Shown in pieces: positions 28,235 to 37,606 of a DNA stretch of 64,000 nucleotides. Positions within the stretch are counted from its first letter, which is position 1. Every line of letters begins with the position of its first letter. The stretch spans positions 736,001 to 800,000 of the forward strand of contig OY968762.1 in NCBI GenBank assembly GCA_963695225.1. Reading direction: 5' to 3'. Under the pieces are notes generated by a model, which was not told the DNA's origin, ran no database searches, and saw only the letters and a program-made list of their open reading frames with translations. The translations under genes were made by a program, and so were the position numbers. The stretch is from Vulcanimicrobiota bacterium (GTDB taxonomy: Bacteria; Vulcanimicrobiota; Vulcanimicrobiia; Vulcanimicrobiales; Vulcanimicrobiaceae).

Positions 28235-28390
28235 ACACGCCCTTACGGGAGCGGGCAAATGCACGAGTAGCGACTTCGCAAGGATGCGAAATCGCGGGCC
28301 CGCGATACGCCCTTACGGGAGCGGGCAAATGCACGAGTAGCGATTTCGCATGGATGCGAAATTGCGGGCCCGCGATACGCCCTTACGGCA
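28231..28390 (+). repeat. 70-bp tandem direct repeat (2 full units plus a partial), each carrying the GGA-loop hairpin
   Basis: 28231-28300 and 28301-28370 differ at 4 positions; the third partial unit overlaps the stop codon of the convergent gene. Confidence 0.9.
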
Positions 28391-29036
28391 GCGGCAACAG
28401 CGATCCGCCGGTGCCCGGGGCTTCGACGGAGCGTTCGACGGCGCCGGTCTCGACGAGCCTGCGATAGGCGATGAGCCGGTTCGTATTCCGCGTGACCTCC
28501 TCGGCGAGCGAGTACGAATCCCGAATCGCCTGCGTGAGATGCTCGGAATCGTATGAGTAGTCGAACTTCTCGATCCCCGTAACGACCTTCGCATTGAGCT
28601 TGTTGAGCCCAACGTACGCCTGCCGAATGGAGGTTCCGGTCGCCTCGTAGGCGGGATAGTTCGAGATGACGATCTCTCGCTTGACTTTCGCCTGCTCGAT
28701 CTCCGAGCGCAAAGCCGCAAGCCGGACGTTCTGCGGATCGTACCGCGCCGCCGTCGCCAGCGAAGCCAGGGCGTCGTCGAACTTCGAGGCTTGGAACTGC
28801 GCGTCCGCAACGCGCAACTCGGCAGTGACGAGCCCCGTGCGCGCGTGCCCGTCCTCGGGGGCGATCCGCAGCGCCAAGCTGTACGCGAGGGCGGCGTCGT
28901 CGGCGCGATCGCCCTCGAGCGCGAGGTCGCCTTGATGGTCGCGCGTCGTCGAAATCTGCCGCTCGATCCTTCCGGCGCAGCCGGACGCGCCCGCGAGGAC
29001 GGCGAGAAGTGCGAGGGACGTGAGGAATCGAGTCAC
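28383..29036 (-). CDS. Hypothetical lipoprotein with TPR-like helices
   Basis: MTRFLTSLALLAVLAGASGC lipobox-like signal; AYSLALRIAPED and AARYDPQN TPR-type ends. Confidence 0.75.
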   Translation of the reverse strand: MTRFLTSLALLAVLAGASGCAGRIERQISTTRDHQGDLALEGDRADDAALAYSLALRIAPEDGHARTGLVTAELRVADAQFQASKFDDALASLATAARYDPQNVRLAALRSEIEQAKVKREIVISNYPAYEATGTSIRQAYVGLNKLNAKVVTGIEKFDYSYDSEHLTQAIRDSYSLAEEVTRNTNRLIAYRRLVETGAVERSVEAPGTGGSLLPLP

Positions 29037-29049
29037 CGGAAGATCTCCA

Positions 29050-29904
29050 CTAGTGCGGATGATAGAACAGCCCTGCGGCGTACGCGATCGCAACGGCCGC
29101 GGGGTGCAGGATCGCCTGCGAGCAGAGCGTCCCCACGATCGCCGTCAGGGCGAGATAGAAGACCATCGCTTTCACTTCTTCGAGGGAGCGTTCACCCTTC
29201 GCCGCCTGGTCCGTGATATAGGCCGACGTCGGGTCGACGACGAGCGTGAACGTGACGGTCGCGATCCCGTTGATCAGCCCCGAGAGCCCGGTCGCCGTGG
29301 TCCGGGCGGCGAGGTTGAGCACGGAAGCATAGTACGCGGCGACGACGCCGATAGCGTAGATCGCGGTCACCAGCACGTTGAAGACCAGGAGCTTGCGCGG
29401 AACGGAGTTTGGACTGAAGCGGCGCAAGGTCGCGAGCGAAGGGGGCCGGATCCCCGCGAGGATCGACCAGGCAACGCGCGGATCGGCGAGCCGCGAAAGA
29501 GCGGCGAGGACCGAGCCCGTCCGCTCGAACGCGGCGATCCCGCGCAGGAAGAGCGTGATGAACGTGGGGAGGAGCAGCGCGCCGATCACCGTTCCGATGG
29601 TCCCGGCCAGGACGATCCAGCGAATCTGCAGCTCGAGCGTCTGCGCAACGGCGGGTGCCACGGCATGCGCGTGGGGAGCGGCGCCGTGCGCCGCCGCATC
29701 GGCGAGCGCCCCGAGCGCCGGCGTCAAGAACAGCGATGCCAGCCGGCTCGCCGTCACGAACAAGTTGAAGAGCGAGATCGAGGTCGCGATCCGGCCGGAC
29801 TGCACGCCGGCCAGGCGCGCCGCGTAGGCGCCGATCTGGATCGCTTGCACGACGGCATTGAGCGCCATCGCGAGCAGGAGCTGCGACGACCAGAAGCTCG
29901 ACAA
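29050..29904 (-). CDS. amj: Lipid II flippase Amj family (DUF2837)
   Basis: AYAARLAGV...IATSISLFN...SR, GTIGTVIG, LSGLINGIAT...VDP...ITD motifs. Confidence 0.8.
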   Translation of the reverse strand: MSSFWSSQLLLAMALNAVVQAIQIGAYAARLAGVQSGRIATSISLFNLFVTASRLASLFLTPALGALADAAAHGAAPHAHAVAPAVAQTLELQIRWIVLAGTIGTVIGALLLPTFITLFLRGIAAFERTGSVLAALSRLADPRVAWSILAGIRPPSLATLRRFSPNSVPRKLLVFNVLVTAIYAIGVVAAYYASVLNLAARTTATGLSGLINGIATVTFTLVVDPTSAYITDQAAKGERSLEEVKAMVFYLALTAIVGTLCSQAILHPAAVAIAYAAGLFYHPH

Positions 29905-29923
29905 AGGATAAAACCGATCTCGC

Positions 29924-31186
29924 CTACGCTACGGCGGAGTCCGGACGCCAAGAGATCGCCACGTCTTCGACCGGACCGAGGACGCACACGCCGAGCCGCG
30001 ACGGGGCGAGCAGATCGCGCGCGAGCGCGTCCACCTCGTCCTTCGTCACCGCGTCGACGCCCGCTTCGATTTCCTCCGTCGGTACGCACCGGCCGAACGA
30101 GAACTCCGAACGCCCGAGCCGCACCATCCGGCTCGACGTGCTCTCGAGCGAGAGCGTGAGACTCCCCTTGATGTGCTCTTTCGCGAGGCGTATTTCGGCG
30201 TCGGTGACGCCGCGCTCCGCCGCCGCATGCACTTCGGAAACGATCACGTCGATGCACTCGTCGACGCTTGCGGGCGAAGTGCCGGCCGAGACGCCGAAGA
30301 GTCCGGCGCCTCGATACCCCTGCTGGAAGGAATACACGCTGTACGCGAGGCCGCGCTTCTCGCGCACTTCCTGGAACAAGCGGCTCGACATCCCGCCGCC
30401 GAGAATCGTATCGAGGACCGAAAGCGTGTAGCGCCGCTCGTCGCGAACCGAGAGGCCGCCCGTGCCGAGCACGACGTAGGCTTGTTCCGTATCCTTCGTC
30501 TTGACGAGCCGTTGCGGCGTCAAGCGCGGCACCTCGGCGCTCGGGGCTTCGCAGCTCCCCTCGAAGCTCGCGAACGCGCCGGCGAACGCCGCTACGATCT
30601 GCTCGTGCGCCACGTTCCCGGCGGCGGAGACCACGACGGTGTTCGGCGCGTAATGCTCGCGCATGTGCGCACGCAGATCCTCGCGCGCGAACGACGAAAC
30701 CGTCTCCGCGTACCCGATCGTCGGCTCTCCGAGATTCGAACCGGTCCACATCATGCGCGTGAAGAGATCGTGGATCATCTCGTCGGGAGAGTCGTCGTAC
30801 ATGCGAATCTCTTCGAGCACGACCTTCTGCTCTTTCGCGAGTTCGGCCGGGTCGAATTCAGAGTGGAGGAACATGTCGGAGAGAACGTCGATCGCGAGCG
30901 GAACGTGCTTGTCGATCACCTTCGCGTAGTAGCAGGTCGTCTCTTTATCCGTGAAGGCGTTCATCTGACCGCCGACGCGATCCATCTCTTCCGCGATCTC
31001 GCGTGCGGTGCGGCGCTCCGTCCCCTTGAACAGCATGTGCTCCACGAGATGCGAGACGCCGCGCTGCTCGCTCCGCTCGATCGCGGAGCCGACGTCGGCC
31101 CAGATGCCGAGCGACGCCGAGCGCACGTGCGGCATCTCCTCGGTGATGATCCGAACGCCGTTCGGAAGGATTGACTTTCGGTACAA
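29924..31186 (-). CDS. M16 family (pitrilysin-like) zinc peptidase
   Basis: HLVEHMLFKGT (HxxEH), NAFTDKE, GGGMSSRLFQEVREKRGLAY; TTG start with GGAG RBS. Confidence 0.93.
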   Translation of the reverse strand: MYRKSILPNGVRIITEEMPHVRSASLGIWADVGSAIERSEQRGVSHLVEHMLFKGTERRTAREIAEEMDRVGGQMNAFTDKETTCYYAKVIDKHVPLAIDVLSDMFLHSEFDPAELAKEQKVVLEEIRMYDDSPDEMIHDLFTRMMWTGSNLGEPTIGYAETVSSFAREDLRAHMREHYAPNTVVVSAAGNVAHEQIVAAFAGAFASFEGSCEAPSAEVPRLTPQRLVKTKDTEQAYVVLGTGGLSVRDERRYTLSVLDTILGGGMSSRLFQEVREKRGLAYSVYSFQQGYRGAGLFGVSAGTSPASVDECIDVIVSEVHAAAERGVTDAEIRLAKEHIKGSLTLSLESTSSRMVRLGRSEFSFGRCVPTEEIEAGVDAVTKDEVDALARDLLAPSRLGVCVLGPVEDVAISWRPDSAVA

Positions 31187-31188
31187 CG

Positions 31189-31809
31189 CTAACTCCCGGG
31201 TGCCCTGGCGGCCTCTACGCGCCCGGCATGATTCGGGGCATCCTTCCCCGGATCCGGTGCGCGCGCGGCGCGAGACCGATCCTCGAGCTCCGCGCGCCAT
31301 TCCGGCTGCCAATAGAGGCCTTCGCCCGCCCGCAGGCGGGCCGCATACGTCTTGCGATCGACGCGCCGGACGGTCGCCGAGAAGACCGGGTGGCTCGTCG
31401 GAACCGCGAGATCGCCGGAGACGATCGCGCCGGGCGCGACGGGGATGGGGACCGTCGCCCACACGTCGACTTCTTCGACGTCGCCCGCTTCGAACGTCGC
31501 CTCGACCAGCTCGATCACTTGCTCGACGAAGCCCGCGGGATCGACCGGCTCGCGCAGCTTGACGCCGGAAAGAACGAGCCCGGCGATCTGATGCGAGCCG
31601 ACGCCGTCGACGCGAATCTTCAGAATCTGCGCCGGTCCGCGCGTTTCGAGAAGCGACCGGCCGATCTTGATCGCCTCTTCCCTGCGATTTCCGGCGGCGC
31701 GCGCGAGCGCGTTCACTTCGACCGTCGAAGGCTGAGCCACCGCGGACGAAACGGGTACGCCCGCCGCCGTCGCGACTGCCAGTACCGCCGCGAGGACGCC
31801 GTTACGCAT
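31189..31809 (-). CDS. Hypothetical secreted protein
   Basis: MRNGVLAAVLAVATAAG signal; EEVDVWATVP; fills the gap between proS and the peptidase. Confidence 0.7.
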   Translation of the reverse strand: MRNGVLAAVLAVATAAGVPVSSAVAQPSTVEVNALARAAGNRREEAIKIGRSLLETRGPAQILKIRVDGVGSHQIAGLVLSGVKLREPVDPAGFVEQVIELVEATFEAGDVEEVDVWATVPIPVAPGAIVSGDLAVPTSHPVFSATVRRVDRKTYAARLRAGEGLYWQPEWRAELEDRSRAARAPDPGKDAPNHAGRVEAARAPGS

Positions 31810-33284
31810 CAATAGCTCTGCGCGAAGTATGCGCGCACTTTCGCCGGTTCTCCGCACGCGACGCAGACGTTGGTCTCTCCGGGTGCGCCTTGCGCCGCTT
31901 GCAGCGGCCGGCAATTGCGCGTCGAGGCGCCCGTCGCTTCTTTCACGGCCTCTTCGCACTCGCGACGGTCGCACCACGGAATCTCGACCATCCCGGCACG
32001 CGTGCGGCAGAGCTCTTCGAACTCGGCACGGTCGCGCGTGCGGAACGTGTGGTCCTCGAGAAAGTTCTTCGCCTGCGTGTAGAGCGAGAGCTGGATCTCC
32101 TCGAGCAGCTTCGGAATCGCCGCGATCGCCTCGCCGAGCGGAAGCGTGACCTTCTGCCCTTCGGCCTTGAACTCGCGATCGCGGCGCACGAGCGTCGCCA
32201 CGCCGTTGCGCAGATCGCGTTCGCCGAGTTCGATGCGCAGCGGGACGCCGCGCAGTTCCCATTCGTTGAATTTGTTCCCGGCGGACCGGCCTTCGCGATC
32301 GTCGAGCTTCACGCGGATCCCCGCCTTCTTCGCCTCGTCGCGCAGGGCGCGCGCGGCCGCGAGCACGTCTGTGCTTTCGCCGCGCACGATCGGCACGATC
32401 ACGACCTGCGTCGGCGCCATCTTCGGCGGGAGGCGCAAGCCCCGGTCGTCTCCGTGCACCATGATCAAGCCGCCTAGCATCCGCCACGACATGCCCCACG
32501 ACGTCGTCCAGGCGTGCTGCAGCGTCTGATCTTCGGCGGCGAACTCGATGTTGTAGGCCTTCGAGAAATTCTGCCCCAGATCGTGCGAGGTCCCCGCTTG
32601 GAGCGCCCGCCCGTCCGGCATCAGCGCCTCGATCGAATGCGTGTGCAGCGCGCCCGCGAATCGCTCGCTCGCGCTCTTCTCCCCGGTGTACACGGGGACG
32701 GCCGCGACGTCCTCGGCGAACTCGCGATAGACTTCGAGCATCTGCGCGACTTCGGCTTCGGCTTCCGCGTGCGTGGCGTGGGCCGTGTGCCCTTCCTGCC
32801 ACAGGAACTCCAGCGTGCGCAGGAACGGACGCGTCCGCTTCTCCCAGCGCAACACGCTGTTCCACAGGTTGATCAGGATCGGGAGATCGCGGTAGGACTG
32901 CACCCACTGCGCGTACAGCACGCCGACCATCACCTCGGAGGTCGGGCGGATTGCCAGCGGCTCCTCGAGTTCTTCTCCCCCGCCGCGCGTCACCCAGGCG
33001 ACTTCCGGCGCAAAGCCTTCGACGTGCTCCGCCTCCTTCATCAGGAGCGAGCGCGGGATCAGCAGCGGGAAGTACGCGTTCTCGTGGCCGGTCGCTTTGA
33101 AGCGGTCGTCGAGCTCCGCCTGGAGCCGCTCCCAAAGCCCGAAACCGTACGGGCGAAGGGCAAGGCAGCCGCGCACCGGAGCCTGCGAAACGAGCTCCGC
33201 CTTATAGCAAACTGCCTGGTACCAAGCGGAGAGGTCGGCGTCTTTGGAGGGGATCTCTTTGACGAGCGTTACGGTATCGGACAT
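31809..33284 (-). CDS. proS: Proline--tRNA ligase, archaeal/eukaryote-like type
   Basis: HVEGFAPE, RPTSE, RWEKRTRPFLRTLEFLWQEGH, QAGTSH, C-terminal Zn-binding Cys and AYFAQSY end. Confidence 0.96.
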   Translation of the reverse strand: MSDTVTLVKEIPSKDADLSAWYQAVCYKAELVSQAPVRGCLALRPYGFGLWERLQAELDDRFKATGHENAYFPLLIPRSLLMKEAEHVEGFAPEVAWVTRGGGEELEEPLAIRPTSEVMVGVLYAQWVQSYRDLPILINLWNSVLRWEKRTRPFLRTLEFLWQEGHTAHATHAEAEAEVAQMLEVYREFAEDVAAVPVYTGEKSASERFAGALHTHSIEALMPDGRALQAGTSHDLGQNFSKAYNIEFAAEDQTLQHAWTTSWGMSWRMLGGLIMVHGDDRGLRLPPKMAPTQVVIVPIVRGESTDVLAAARALRDEAKKAGIRVKLDDREGRSAGNKFNEWELRGVPLRIELGERDLRNGVATLVRRDREFKAEGQKVTLPLGEAIAAIPKLLEEIQLSLYTQAKNFLEDHTFRTRDRAEFEELCRTRAGMVEIPWCDRRECEEAVKEATGASTRNCRPLQAAQGAPGETNVCVACGEPAKVRAYFAQSY

Positions 33285-33386
33285 ACAAGCGCAAGCAAGT
33301 TCGGACGAAACGGGCGCAATCCCGCCGTTCGAGCTGCTTAGGGGCCGCACGGAGCGCGGCGGGCCGCGGCGAACGCTCGAACCCAT

Positions 33387-33995
33387 ATGCCGAAATCGAC
33401 GCGAATCTATACGCGCACGGGAGACGACGGGACGACCGGCCTCGTCGGGGGGCGGCGCGTCCGCAAGGACGCGCTGCGCATCGAAGCCTACGGAACGGTC
33501 GACGAGCTTTCGAGCGCGATCGGGCTCGCCCGCACCGCGCTCGCGATCGAAATCGAGGGTGCGGGCGCGGCGAGGGCGCGCGAGCTCGACGCTTGGCTCG
33601 CCTGGGTGCAAGACGTCCTGTTCAATCTGGGCAGCGATCTCGCGACCTTACCGGAGGATCGGACGGAGGGGATGCCGCTCGTGACGACCGAGGATGCGCG
33701 CGCGCTCGAGCGCGCGATCGACGGCGCGCAGAGCGACCTTCCGGCGCTTGCGAACTTCATCCACCCCGGCGGTTCGTACCCGGGCGCCTTCCTGCACCAA
33801 GCCCGCACGATCGCCCGGCGGGCCGAACGCCTCCTGGTCACGCTCTCCGCGGAGGATCCGCTCGCCCCGGAGGTGCTGCGCTTCGTCAACCGGCTCTCCG
33901 ACGCGCTCTTCGTCTGGTCGCGCTGGATCAACCAGGCGCTCGAGCGGCCCGAGCACCTTTGGTCTCCGAAGGCGCGCCCGCCCGCCCCCGCCTAG
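33387..33995 (+). CDS. pduO: ATP:cob(I)alamin adenosyltransferase, PduO type
   Basis: IYTRTGDDGTTGL, AYGTVDEL, RRAER, NRLSDALF. Confidence 0.93.
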   Translation: MPKSTRIYTRTGDDGTTGLVGGRRVRKDALRIEAYGTVDELSSAIGLARTALAIEIEGAGAARARELDAWLAWVQDVLFNLGSDLATLPEDRTEGMPLVTTEDARALERAIDGAQSDLPALANFIHPGGSYPGAFLHQARTIARRAERLLVTLSAEDPLAPEVLRFVNRLSDALFVWSRWINQALERPEHLWSPKARPPAPA

Positions 33996-34028
33996 CTGAG
34001 CTCGTGGCCCTTCGAGGCCGCGACCCGC

Positions 34029-35009
34029 TCAGGCAGACGTGCCGACGGCTGCGGGGAGGGGGCGCCCGTCGATACCGGCGAGCGCGTTCTCGATCGCGAG
34101 CAACGCCATGCGCTCCCGCGTCCCTCGCGTCGACGTGCCGACGTGCGGGAGCACGATCAGATTCGGCGCGCGCCACAAGGCGTGATCCTGCGGAAGCGGC
34201 TCCGGGTCCGTGACGTCGAGCGCGGCGCAGGCGATCGTCCCTTCGTGCAGCGCGCGCGCCAGCGCGTTCGAATCGACGATCCGTCCGCGCGCGACGTTCA
34301 CGAGGACGGCCGTGCGTTTCATGTGCGCGAACGCCGGCGCATCGAAGCGCCCGAGCGTCTGGGGAGTTTGCGGAGCGGCGATCGCGACGACGTCCGATTC
34401 GCGCAGCAACGCGTCGAACGTAACGTAGCGGGCGCCGAGCGACGTCCCCTCCGGGCGCGGCACTCGGTTGTGATAGATCACGTTCATCCCGCTCGCTTTC
34501 GCGCGGTGCGCCAACGCGAGCCCGATGCCGCCCATGCCGAAGATGCCGAGCGTCTTCTCGGCGAGATCCTCCGCGAGCGGCATCGCTCCGCGCTCGTTCC
34601 ACGAACCGTCGCGCGCCCACGCGAGCGCCGCGGGCAACGCGCGCAGCGCGAGCAAGATCAACGCGTAGCCGATGTCCGCCGTCGCGTCGACGACGACGCC
34701 CGGAGTGTTCCCGACCGCGATGCGGCGCGCGGCGCACGCCTCGAGATCGATGTGCTCGTAGCCGACCGACGCCGTCGAGACGACGCGCAAATGCGGAGCG
34801 CACGCGAGCAACTCTTCGTCGACGACCAGGTTCGACGTGCACAGCAACGCCGTCGCCGCGCCGAGTCGCAGGCGAACCCGCGCCGCGAGCGCCTCCGCCG
34901 CGGCGCCGCCCGCACCCGGCGAGCCGTCTTCACCCGAAACGTCGAGATACGGAATGCCCGCGAGCCGGGCGCGCCCCGCGGGAAAAATGTCGACGGCGAC
35001 CACGATCAT
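34029..35009 (-). CDS. D-isomer 2-hydroxyacid dehydrogenase (glyoxylate reductase-like)
   Basis: VGYEHID, GNTPGV, GIFGMGGIG, NVARG, LDVTDPEP, PHVG. Confidence 0.92.
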   Translation of the reverse strand: MIVVAVDIFPAGRARLAGIPYLDVSGEDGSPGAGGAAAEALAARVRLRLGAATALLCTSNLVVDEELLACAPHLRVVSTASVGYEHIDLEACAARRIAVGNTPGVVVDATADIGYALILLALRALPAALAWARDGSWNERGAMPLAEDLAEKTLGIFGMGGIGLALAHRAKASGMNVIYHNRVPRPEGTSLGARYVTFDALLRESDVVAIAAPQTPQTLGRFDAPAFAHMKRTAVLVNVARGRIVDSNALARALHEGTIACAALDVTDPEPLPQDHALWRAPNLIVLPHVGTSTRGTRERMALLAIENALAGIDGRPLPAAVGTSA

Positions 35010-35189
35010 AACGACGGCCCTCCTGCTTCCACGTCTTCCGCCCCGCCTTCCCCGGCCCCGTTCGCGCGGAACGAACGCGCGTGCGGGATCGTTTCAAGGG
35101 TGCTTTTCCCGAAGGAATGTGCAGCATCATCGGGGGAAAAGCACCCGCTGTCCCGCCCTCTTCTTTACTCTCTGAAAGGTACTGCGCGC

Positions 35190-35597
35190 ATGCTCAAAAA
35201 GCTCGCCGTCGCCGGCATCGCTGCCGCAACGCTCACCCTCACGTGTCTACCTACCGTCAGCAGCGCCGCCCCCGATGGTAAGGCTATCTTCGCCGCGCGT
35301 TGCTCCGCTTGCCACGGCGCGGCCGGCGCCGGCGTCCCCGGCGCGTTCCCGCCTCTCGCGGGCAACCCACACGTCACCGGTCCGGCCGCCGTGCCGATCA
35401 AGACGGTCGTCAAGGGCGCCCAGGGCGCGCTCACGGTCAACGGCAAGACCTATAACGGCGTGATGCAGGCCTGGCGCGGCGCTCCGCCCGCGCTGATGAC
35501 GAACGCCGAGATCGCGGCCGTCCTCACCTACGTCCGCTCGTCCTTCGGGAACAAGGCCTCGGCCGTAACCGAAGCGCAGGTCGCTGCGGTCAAGTAA
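35190..35597 (+). CDS. Periplasmic monoheme cytochrome c
   Basis: Signal peptide, CSACH, GVPGAFPPLAG, YNGVM, YVRSSFGN. Confidence 0.92.
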   Translation: MLKKLAVAGIAAATLTLTCLPTVSSAAPDGKAIFAARCSACHGAAGAGVPGAFPPLAGNPHVTGPAAVPIKTVVKGAQGALTVNGKTYNGVMQAWRGAPPALMTNAEIAAVLTYVRSSFGNKASAVTEAQVAAVK

Positions 35598-35614
35598 CCC
35601 ATCCCCGTCACTTC

Positions 35615-35655
35615 GAGAAGAGCCCCGGCCGCACGGCCGGGGCTCTTCTCTCTTT
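35615..35655 (+). terminator. Intrinsic (probably bidirectional) terminator
   Basis: Perfect stem GAGAAGAGCCCCGGCCG / CGGCCGGGGCTCTTCTC followed by TCTTT, between convergent genes. Confidence 0.8.
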
Positions 35656-35690
35656 CCGGCTCAGCCGGGACGCGCGAGGATCCGTTCGTC

Positions 35691-36905
35691 TCACTCGAAG
35701 CGGAGCGCGTCGATCGGGTTGAGGCCGGCCGCCTTGCGCGCGGGATAATACCCGAAGAACACCCCGACGATCGCCGAGAACGCGATCGAGATGCCGACCG
35801 AGGCCGGCGAGACGATCGCTTGCCATTGGCCGAACGCCGCGACGACGAACGAGCCCGCCGATCCAAGCAACGCGCCGATCAAGCCCCCGACCGTCGAGAG
35901 CACGATCGCCTCGACGAGGAATTGCTGGAGAATCGCGCTGCTGCGTGCGCCCACCGCCATGCGCAGGCCGATCTCGCGCGTCCGCTCCGTCACGTTGACG
36001 AGCATGATGTTCATGATGCCGATCCCGCCGACGATCAACGAGACCGCCGCAACGCCCGCGAGCAGCATCTGAAGGACGCCCGCCGTCGCGGTCGCCGTAT
36101 TCGCGATATCCTGCAGGTTGCGCACGGAGAAATCGTCGGGTTGCGGCGGTACGATCCTGTGGCGCTGGCGGAGCAGCGCGGTGATCTGGTCCTGCGCCTC
36201 CTGCATCGACATGCCGTCGCGCACGGAGATCATCAGCGTGTTCACGTTCGTCTGCCCCGTCAAGCGCTGCATCGCCGACGTGTACGGAATCAGGACGACG
36301 TCGTCTTGATCTTGCCCGAACCCCGTCTGCCCGCGCGCCGAAAGCACGCCGATCACGGTGAACGGAACGTTGCGGATCAGCACGCTTTTTCCCAGCGGAT
36401 CCACGTCGCCGAATAGGTTTCGCACGACCGTCGCGCCGAGGACGGCGACCTTCGCGACCGCCGTCGTGTCGCTTTGCGAAATGAACGTCCCTTCGCTGAG
36501 ATCCCAGCTCCGCACGAACGAATACGTCGGTGCGACGCCGGTCACCGTGGTCTGCCAGTTCGTCCCCCCTCCGACGACCTGAGAGCGCGACGAAACCACC
36601 GGGGAGACGGCGCCGACCAAGGGGAGCGTCGCGATCGCGAGCCCGTCTTCCGGCGTCATCGTCGAGGCCGCGCCGGCTCCGCTCGCCGCGCCGCCCATCG
36701 TGACGTTGCCCGGCATCACGATCAGCAGGTTGCTGCCGAGCCCCTGAATCTGCTTCGCCACGGAGGCCTTCGCTCCGGCCCCGATCGCGACCGTGACGAT
36801 GACGGCGGCGACGCCGATGATGACGCCCAGCATCGTGAGCAGCGAGCGGGATTTGTTGCGCGCGAGCGCCCGCAGAGCGAGCCCCACGATGCTGCGCAGC
36901 GTCAT
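35691..36905 (-). CDS. MacB-like ABC transporter permease
   Basis: RSLLTMLGVIIG, GGIGIMNIMLV...ERTREIGLRMAVGA, YPARKAA...ALRFE. Confidence 0.93.
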   Translation of the reverse strand: MTLRSIVGLALRALARNKSRSLLTMLGVIIGVAAVIVTVAIGAGAKASVAKQIQGLGSNLLIVMPGNVTMGGAASGAGAASTMTPEDGLAIATLPLVGAVSPVVSSRSQVVGGGTNWQTTVTGVAPTYSFVRSWDLSEGTFISQSDTTAVAKVAVLGATVVRNLFGDVDPLGKSVLIRNVPFTVIGVLSARGQTGFGQDQDDVVLIPYTSAMQRLTGQTNVNTLMISVRDGMSMQEAQDQITALLRQRHRIVPPQPDDFSVRNLQDIANTATATAGVLQMLLAGVAAVSLIVGGIGIMNIMLVNVTERTREIGLRMAVGARSSAILQQFLVEAIVLSTVGGLIGALLGSAGSFVVAAFGQWQAIVSPASVGISIAFSAIVGVFFGYYPARKAAGLNPIDALRFE

Positions 36906-37606
36906 GCGACGCCCGCCGGTGCGGCCGGCCGGTCCGCTTCGATGCGGCCGTCGCGAAACTCGATGAGCCGGTGCGCGAACGAAGCGACGACCGGATCGTG
37001 CGTGACGACTAGGATCGAGATGCCGCGCTCGGCGTTGAGGCGCGCCATTAACTCCATGACCTCGCGCGACTTCTTGCTGTCGAGCGCCCCCGTCGGTTCG
37101 TCCGCCAGCATCATGCTCGGGTTGTTGACGAGGGCGCGTGCGATCGCGACGCGCTGCTGCTGCCCGCCGGAGAGCTGGTTCGAAAGGTGCCCGCCCCAGT
37201 CCCCGAGGCCGACGATCTCGAGCGCGGCGTGCGCGGCCTCGCGCCGCTTCGCCTCCGGAACCCCCGCGTAGACCATCGGCAGCTCGACGTTTTCGAGCGC
37301 GCTCGTGCGCGGCAGCAGGTTGTAGGTCTGGAACACGAACCCGAGGCTCTTGCTGCGGATGTCCGCGAGTTCGTCGGAGGAGAGTTGGGCGACGTCCCGG
37401 CCGTCGAGGAGGTACCGGCCCGAGGTCGGTCGGTCGAGGCACCCGATCACGTTCATGAACGTGGACTTCCCCGAACCCGAGGGCCCCATCACCGCGACGA
37501 ACTCGCCCGGGTCGATCGAAACGGTCACGTCGTCGAGCGCGACGACCTGCTGATCGCCCACGACGTACACCTTGCGCAGGTTCTGGACCGCGACGACCGG
37601 CGTCAT
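36902..37606 (-). CDS. ABC transporter ATP-binding protein (MacB/LolD type)
   Basis: GPSGSGKS, LSGGQQQRVAIARAL, ADEPTGALD. Confidence 0.95.
   Translation of the reverse strand: MTPVVAVQNLRKVYVVGDQQVVALDDVTVSIDPGEFVAVMGPSGSGKSTFMNVIGCLDRPTSGRYLLDGRDVAQLSSDELADIRSKSLGFVFQTYNLLPRTSALENVELPMVYAGVPEAKRREAAHAALEIVGLGDWGGHLSNQLSGGQQQRVAIARALVNNPSMMLADEPTGALDSKKSREVMELMARLNAERGISILVVTHDPVVASFAHRLIEFRDGRIEADRPAAPAGVA

Noticed and set aside
28150..28390. CRISPR array
   Set aside because: The units are whole 70-bp tandem duplications with identical intervening sequence (no unique spacers), and there are no cas genes in the window.
33285..33386. T-box riboswitch upstream of proS
   Set aside because: Only ~100 bp shared with divergent pduO, and no T-box consensus (AAnnnGGGTGGnACC) was seen.
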